NCBI GenBank assembly: GCA_027036135.1
Contig: JALVSY010000007.1
Location: 612,880-676,879, forward strand
Direction: 5' to 3'
DNA length: 64,000 nucleotides
DNA from: Pyrodictiaceae archaeon
Lineage (GTDB): Archaea; Thermoproteota; Thermoprotei_A; Sulfolobales; Pyrodictiaceae
Shown piece after piece: positions 58,699 to 64,000 of this stretch. The notes beneath the pieces are model-generated. The model made no database searches. It saw only the letters and a list, made by a program, of their open reading frames with translations, and had not been told where the DNA came from. The first letter of the stretch is position 1. Each line of letters begins with the position of its first letter. Position numbers and translations under genes: made by a program.

Positions 58699-59424
58699 TT
58701 GTCCACGGCTCCTCAAAGTAGCGAAGAGGAGCTAAAAAACGCCAAGTTCGTCCTCTTTAATTTACTACGGGCACTTAAGTTCTTCTATTCCTTTAAGGAG
58801 CTTGAAAGAATTCTTGGCGTACCTTCCCAGGTTCTGTGGCGCTACGTGACGCTGCGCGCAATGCCTGAGAAAGATACAGCACAGAGAATCCTTAACAAGA
58901 TTATGAAGGAAGGGGTCATCGAGAAGACTCTTAAAAGAGTAATAGAGAGCAGCAATGGTGATGAGTGGCGGCTTCTAGGAAACCCGGGAGTACTAGAGCT
59001 AGCTGGGCTCAAGGTAGCTGATATGCTTAAGAAGACCAGGGTCGACGTAGTGCTGGCTCCTTGTGATGGATACTCTGTAGCACTTGCAACAATTATAGCA
59101 ACCTATCTTAAGTCTAGGATATGTATTGCAACAAGATATCTCTATAGCAATAATAACACAGTAGAGTACTATAGGGAAGGAGGCAGTGTAGAGGCCATAG
59201 CTGTCCCCAGCGACTGTATACCTAAGAAAGCAAGAGTCGTAATAATTCTCGCAACAGAGTACAGCGCTAACTGCCTAGATGCAGTAATAAATATTATCAA
59301 GCGTAGACGGGGCGAGATTATATCAATATTCTCACTTACGGAGATAAAGACTAGAAGAATGCCAGAAGCTATATCAATAAAGGCCTTTAATGGGTTCTTA
59401 AAAAACTTCTCCCCGACGAAATAG
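58699..59424 (+). CDS. HTH plus degenerate phosphoribosyltransferase-domain protein (PurR-like regulator)
   Basis: N-terminal YSFKEL..ILG.P..VL.RY HTH and PRTase-like C-terminus lacking the VDD loop. GGAGG SD before TTG. Confidence 0.75.
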   Translation: MSTAPQSSEEELKNAKFVLFNLLRALKFFYSFKELERILGVPSQVLWRYVTLRAMPEKDTAQRILNKIMKEGVIEKTLKRVIESSNGDEWRLLGNPGVLELAGLKVADMLKKTRVDVVLAPCDGYSVALATIIATYLKSRICIATRYLYSNNNTVEYYREGGSVEAIAVPSDCIPKKARVVIILATEYSANCLDAVINIIKRRRGEIISIFSLTEIKTRRMPEAISIKAFNGFLKNFSPTK

Positions 59425-59513
59425 GAACAAGGCAAGATATTCGGTAAAGAAAAGCTATGGAATATCGATCTTTAAGAATCTGATTAGTTACAGCTCGATA
59501 CCCAGTAGCATGG

Positions 59514-59594
59514 TTATTGTTCTTCTTTCTTTTCTTGCTTCTGTTCTTCAGTCTTCTGTTCCTCCTTCTTGCTCCTTCTCCTCCTTCTCAGCAC
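59514..59594 (-). CDS. 26-aa Arg/Lys/Glu-rich micro-protein candidate
   Basis: TTAAAA box and AGGTG upstream, GTG start, MLRRRRRSKKEEQKTEEQKQEKKEEQ*. Confidence 0.5.
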   Translation of the reverse strand: MLRRRRRSKKEEQKTEEQKQEKKEEQ

Positions 59595-59786
59595 TATACG
59601 AATGCACCTTTTCTTGTTCGGTTTTAAGTAGAGACTGGAGCACAAGCTTACGCATAGCTAGCAGTATATGATATTATGGTGATAGTACAATGACGGCTTG
59701 AACATAATATTTCCTAGGATGCTATAGTTTATGAGCTGAAGCCGTAGGAGTCGTTTAATACTCAACTACTATTCCTTGCTGATCTG

Positions 59787-60422
59787 GTGGCACGTATGGT
59801 TCGTATAGCTTTCTTATCTGGCGGCAAGGATTCGCTCTATGCCGCGTTGCAGAGATGGCCTATTGACTATGGTGTCGTCCTTGTCTACGAGTTTCCCCGG
59901 CCAAGTCCACACCTCGTCAACCTGGGCAAGAGCGTTGAGACCCTCCTACTAGCTGGTGTCAGCGTCGTTGTCGAGAGGCTTCCTAGGGGCCGGGAAAGGG
60001 AGGAGACCATTAAGCTCCTTAGGCGCCTCGGTGCCAGCGAGATAGTGGCTGGCGACGTCTATGTCGAGGATCACCTTAGGTACATGGAGGGCGTAGCCGG
60101 GGAGGTTGGCGCTAAGCTCTACGAGCCGCTATGGGGCATGGATACCGAGGAGCTGTTGTACAGGGAGATGGAGGCAGGGATAGTGTCTCTTGTAACAGGC
60201 GCCGATGAGAGACTAAGCAACTGGATCGGTAGGCTCCTCAGCAAGGATAATGCAGGAGAGCTGGCAAGCGAAGCCAAGCGGCTAGGCCTCGACCCTCTCG
60301 GCGAGCAGGGGGAGTACCACACACTCGTTGTCAATAGCCCTGTCCACGCGAGGCGCTTGTCTTACCGCGTCTGCGAGCGCTTCGGCCACGAGTCTGGCTA
60401 CGTGCTTCTCAGGGTGTGCTAA
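59787..60422 (+). CDS. PP-loop ATP-binding protein (DUF71/diphthine-ammonia ligase-like)
   Basis: SGGKDS, AGD, EPLWG and DP.GE.GEYHT motifs. Confidence 0.88.
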   Translation: MARMVRIAFLSGGKDSLYAALQRWPIDYGVVLVYEFPRPSPHLVNLGKSVETLLLAGVSVVVERLPRGREREETIKLLRRLGASEIVAGDVYVEDHLRYMEGVAGEVGAKLYEPLWGMDTEELLYREMEAGIVSLVTGADERLSNWIGRLLSKDNAGELASEAKRLGLDPLGEQGEYHTLVVNSPVHARRLSYRVCERFGHESGYVLLRVC

Positions 60423-60426
60423 CGGG

Positions 60427-61203
60427 ATGAGAACTGATTGCTTCTCCCTGGGAGAAATAGTCCTTGATGCTATTAGGCGCGGTGTTCGCGGCCAGGGCTG
60501 CGACTGCATAGCTATGAGCGGGGGCATTGATACCACGACTGTTGCTCTCGCGGCACGCCTAGAGGGGCTCGGGCTGAGAGGCATCGCTGCCTACTATGTT
60601 AACGGGGTTCCACGCGACCTAGCCTACGTTGGCTATGTCGCCGCTAGGCTCGGCATAGAGCTCCACTTAGCCCCGGTAACGAACGAGTACATCGCGTCCA
60701 AGGTAGGTTACGTTGTTAAGTGTACTGGTAGGAGGGACCATATCGAGGCCCGTAACGACGTAGTCTTCCTAAGAGCCCTCGAGGAGGCTAAGAGGCTTGG
60801 CTGCAAGTGCGTCCTCCTGGGAGACGGCGGGGACGAGGTCTTCGCTGGGTACAGCTTCATGCTTGCACTCGGTACGAGGGAGCTGAGAGAAACAATACTC
60901 AGGATGGCTACTCGTGGCCGCTACCCGGGCTTAGAGCTCGCCGAGTGCCTAGGCATTAGAGCTGTAGCCCCGCTGCTAAGCGACGAGGTCATCGAGCTAG
61001 TCCTCAAGGCCCCGAGCATCTGCATAAGGGGATGGAGCAATGAGGGCAAGGCGCTGCTGCGTAGCATTCTCCGCCGCCACGGCCTAGAGCTGGTAGCTAG
61101 TAGGCCGAAGACGCCCGCCGAGCAGGGAGCAGGCACGGACGGCTTGACCCGCGAGTTCCTCGAGAGGCTTAGCGGCATAGAGCTACCCGAGTGCCATTGC
61201 TAG
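60427..61203 (+). CDS. Asparagine synthase-like protein (synthetase domain only)
   Basis: SGGIDT, GDGGDE.FAGY, K.LLR and RPK.P...G.G motifs. Confidence 0.85.
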   Translation: MRTDCFSLGEIVLDAIRRGVRGQGCDCIAMSGGIDTTTVALAARLEGLGLRGIAAYYVNGVPRDLAYVGYVAARLGIELHLAPVTNEYIASKVGYVVKCTGRRDHIEARNDVVFLRALEEAKRLGCKCVLLGDGGDEVFAGYSFMLALGTRELRETILRMATRGRYPGLELAECLGIRAVAPLLSDEVIELVLKAPSICIRGWSNEGKALLRSILRRHGLELVASRPKTPAEQGAGTDGLTREFLERLSGIELPECHC

Positions 61204-62148
61204 CGCCAGTAGCGCCGCCACGGCGCAGAGCCAGAGTAGGGCAGCAAGGGCGACGAGCCTAACCCCTCTACGGATATCCGTGGCCGAGGGGAGCCTCCCT
61301 TGCCCCAGCTTGTAGTGCCCGGGCTTCTCGAGAACAACTCCGAGGGCGCCGGCTAGGCTACTCATAGGGTGCCCAGCGTTAACGCTCTCGGTTACCCCTG
61401 AGTAGCGTCTCCAAACACTATAGGCTCTGCCGGGATCGCCGCCGATGAGCGGCGAGAGGAGAACTAGGAGTAGCGCCGTCAGCCTCGCCGGGACATAGTT
61501 GACAACCGTATCCATCTTGGCGCTTAGCCACCCAGCCTCAAGGTACTCAGGCGTCTTGAACCCTAGGGCGCCGTCAAGCGTGTTAACAATTCTCTGGAAC
61601 AATGCACCAAGGGGCCCGAGTAGCACTGCATAGAGGAGCGGAGAAGTATATCCATCAACCAAGCTCTCTGAGAGGCTCTCGAGAGCAGCACTTGCCACGT
61701 GCCCCGGGCCTAGGACGTAGACGTTGCGCCTAACAAGCCCCTGGGCAACCCGCCGAGCCTCGTCAAGCCGCCCAGCCTCTAGATGCTCTGCGACCTGGGC
61801 CACGCTCTCTAGGAGGAGGCGTAGCGAGAAAGAAGTCTTCAGCACCCACGCCGCTGCCAGGACCCAGGCCCAGGGAGACACCAGGTACGCCGTGTAGAGG
61901 AGTAGCGAGTAGAGACCGAGGTGACTAGTGACTACAACGAGCCAGGCCACTACTCCCCTGGTGCGCGAGGAGCGGGGCGGAGCCAGCTTCTTCGCAGCAA
62001 CAAAGGCTGTGTGAACCGGGTGTATGGAGAGCAGGAACCCGCTATGATAGGGATAGGCGTAGTCGAGCACGTGGGCTAGGAGGAGGGAGGCGAAGAGAAG
62101 CCCTGGGCTTGGATAAGCCCACTCTGGTAGAACACGTGGAAGCGACAA
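61183..62148 (-). CDS. cbiB: Adenosylcobinamide-phosphate synthase
   Basis: HPV, ES..ES..DG..SPL, NTLD...G, N..PARLT and S.NAG.P motifs. Confidence 0.92.
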   Translation of the reverse strand: MSLPRVLPEWAYPSPGLLFASLLLAHVLDYAYPYHSGFLLSIHPVHTAFVAAKKLAPPRSSRTRGVVAWLVVVTSHLGLYSLLLYTAYLVSPWAWVLAAAWVLKTSFSLRLLLESVAQVAEHLEAGRLDEARRVAQGLVRRNVYVLGPGHVASAALESLSESLVDGYTSPLLYAVLLGPLGALFQRIVNTLDGALGFKTPEYLEAGWLSAKMDTVVNYVPARLTALLLVLLSPLIGGDPGRAYSVWRRYSGVTESVNAGHPMSSLAGALGVVLEKPGHYKLGQGRLPSATDIRRGVRLVALAALLWLCAVAALLALAMALG

Positions 62149-62157
62149 GGTGCTTCG

Positions 62158-62901
62158 TCACCACCGGGGCGCCGGGTTCGCTACGAGCGCCCCCCCTAGC
62201 AGCGAGGCTGTACCAGCTACCTCGTAGACGAAGCCGAGCACGTCCCCGGAGGCGTAGCCTAGTCTCGTCTCCGCGTCCCTGGCGACCAGCAAGGCGGCCA
62301 CCGTGCCCGCCGCTATGGCTGCCGCGACCCCAGCCGGGGAGAGATAGACGAGGAGGAGTAGCAGCGATGAGGAGAGGACCGCGTTGAGCACCTTGCCTCT
62401 CCGCGTCACGCCGAGGGTGTAGAAGAGCTGGCCAAGCCCCGCGTGCCCCGGCTTGGGGAGCAGCGCCGATACTAGGTACATGGACTCAGCTGCCACCACG
62501 TAGCTAGCCATTATTGTTGCCCAGTCCCCGTGAAGAGCGGCTAGCCCGGCAAGCCTCGCAGCAACTATTACCGCTGTGTAGCTTACCGCGAAGCCGCCAC
62601 GCCTAGGATCCTTCATTATCTCTACTGCTTTCTGCCCAGTAGCTCCTGCTCCTATAGCGTCGCTGTAGTCAGCGAACCCGTCTAGGTGCAGACCACCAGT
62701 AACCCATAAGTGGGCTACGAGCCCGAGGCCGGCAGCCAGTATCGGTGACCCCGTAAGCGACATAGCTAGGACCACAACCAGGCCCTCGAAGAGCCCGACG
62801 AGCGGAACCAAGGGGTAGCCGCGGGCAGCGTCCTCGATACTATGGCATGGCAGTGGTACACGGGTCAGGAAGGCGAATAGGCAGCTCAGCCTCCTAAGCA
62901 T
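62158..62901 (-). CDS. cobS: Adenosylcobinamide-GDP ribazoletransferase
   Basis: FLTR.P, TGGLHLDGFAD..D, MKDP..G and G..SGD..G motifs. Confidence 0.93.
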   Translation of the reverse strand: MLRRLSCLFAFLTRVPLPCHSIEDAARGYPLVPLVGLFEGLVVVLAMSLTGSPILAAGLGLVAHLWVTGGLHLDGFADYSDAIGAGATGQKAVEIMKDPRRGGFAVSYTAVIVAARLAGLAALHGDWATIMASYVVAAESMYLVSALLPKPGHAGLGQLFYTLGVTRRGKVLNAVLSSSLLLLLVYLSPAGVAAAIAAGTVAALLVARDAETRLGYASGDVLGFVYEVAGTASLLGGALVANPAPRW

Positions 62902-63940
62902 CGCTCCCACCGAGGACTCTGCTAAACGCCTTTATGAGCACATCGTTCTCTCCAGGGGTCTTGACCGAGACGCGGCTAAACGTCTCGTCGAGCCCGTAGA
63001 AGCTTGAGGCATTCCTCACGTATACCCCGTGGCGCATCAAGCGCTCCTGGAGAAGGGGGTGCGGGAGAGAGGCATGGCGCACTAGGAGGAAGGGTGCCTG
63101 GCTGGGATAGACGCGGAGGCCTAGGCCGCGGAGGAGGGCTGTGAGACGAGGGTTCTCATCCTCTACTAGCATCCTTGCCCGGGCCACGTAGTAGCGGCTG
63201 CGTTCATCGAGCAATAGTTCTGTATAGATGCATGCCTCGAGGCTGCCGACGGGCCAGGCTTGGAGGGCTAGGCGCAGACGCCTAGCAAGCCCTTGCTCCG
63301 CGAGCACGTAGCCTAGGCGGAGACCCGGTGTCGCGAAGGTCTTGGTGAGGCTCCTCACAACCACTAATCCATCGCCGGGGCCCAGCCTCTCAGCCCCCGG
63401 GGCTAGGTCTATGAAGGCCTCGTCGAGGACGAGGAGCGAGCGTCTTCGAGACAACCTTGTCGCCAACTCATACACGTAGTCGCTGGACGCGAGGTAGCCG
63501 ACGGGGTTGTTCGGCCTAGACAACACCACTAACGCGTTCTCAGCAGCAAGTCTCGCTACCTCCTCGGGGGCGGGGAGCGTGATAGAGTAGTCCCCAAGCC
63601 CTACGAGAACTCGGTGTAGCTCTACTCCCTGGCTCCTAGCCTGTACCCCGTGGTCGCCGAAGCACGGCTCTATAACGACGAGTCTCCTAGCCCGGAGCAG
63701 GAGGGGGAGGAGGGCAAGGGCCTCTGCAGAGCCATTAACAACCACTACTTCCCCGGCCTCGGCTCCGTGGAAGCCTGCTATCGCTTCCCTTAGCTCCCTA
63801 TAGCTCGGCGAGGGGTAGCGGAGAAAGGGGCGCCTAGAGACACAGTCCTCGACAACGTCGCCGAGGAAGCTCGGGGGCCCAAGGGGGTTAGCGGGCGCGC
63901 TATAATCATGGGCTAGTGGCGGGGCCTGGCCCCCATGCAC
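62894..63940 (-). CDS. cobD: Threonine-phosphate decarboxylase (class I/II PLP)
   Basis: HGG...DYS...NPLG, PNNP.G, DEAF and RSLTK....PGLRLGY motifs. Lies in the cob cluster. Confidence 0.85.
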   Translation of the reverse strand: MHGGQAPPLAHDYSAPANPLGPPSFLGDVVEDCVSRRPFLRYPSPSYRELREAIAGFHGAEAGEVVVVNGSAEALALLPLLLRARRLVVIEPCFGDHGVQARSQGVELHRVLVGLGDYSITLPAPEEVARLAAENALVVLSRPNNPVGYLASSDYVYELATRLSRRRSLLVLDEAFIDLAPGAERLGPGDGLVVVRSLTKTFATPGLRLGYVLAEQGLARRLRLALQAWPVGSLEACIYTELLLDERSRYYVARARMLVEDENPRLTALLRGLGLRVYPSQAPFLLVRHASLPHPLLQERLMRHGVYVRNASSFYGLDETFSRVSVKTPGENDVLIKAFSRVLGGSDA

Positions 63941-63999
63941 TAGCCCGACCTCCTCCTGCAAAGCTTCTCGGCCTCCACGTAGTCCCTCCAAGTATTGAC
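63940..63999 (-). CDS. 3' end of an NTP transferase (CobY-like), truncated by the window edge
   Basis: VNTWRDYVEAEKLCRRRSG* contains the (N)VNTxxD motif. The stop overlaps the cobD start. Confidence 0.6.
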   Translation of the reverse strand, partial: VNTWRDYVEAEKLCRRRSG

Positions 64000-64000
64000 G

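Overview
Chromosomal window from a hyperthermophilic crenarchaeon. GGTGA/GGAGG SD motifs, frequent TTG/GTG starts, CTA/AGG-rich codons and the gene content suggest Desulfurococcales, probably Pyrodictiaceae (inference). Core loci are a DUF89-serA-class V aminotransferase cluster, ileS, sucCD, sua5, the pyrE-B-I-K-C operon, an 11-subunit complex I with nuoC inverted, gcvH, trxB, DtxR-feoB and a cobamide salvage cluster (cobY-cobD-cobS-cbiB). Accessory features are four damaged PIN/VapC genes at the left end, a deletion scar of a peptide ABC locus, and an exact 121-bp copy of part of pyrE at the edge of an AT-rich island that encodes TusA-like, HdrD-like, thioredoxin-like and cytochrome b proteins. 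There is also a box C/D sRNA candidate. The most unusual signals are a 75-aa peptide with repeated GxG(D/N) motifs under apparent purifying selection, two unannotated 18- and 26-aa basic micro-ORFs flanking an HTH-PRTase regulator, and four genes (including ileS) whose conserved N-termini lack an in-frame ATG/GTG/TTG start. No rRNA, tRNA, CRISPR array or transposase was recognised. All family assignments are from motif recognition, not database searches.
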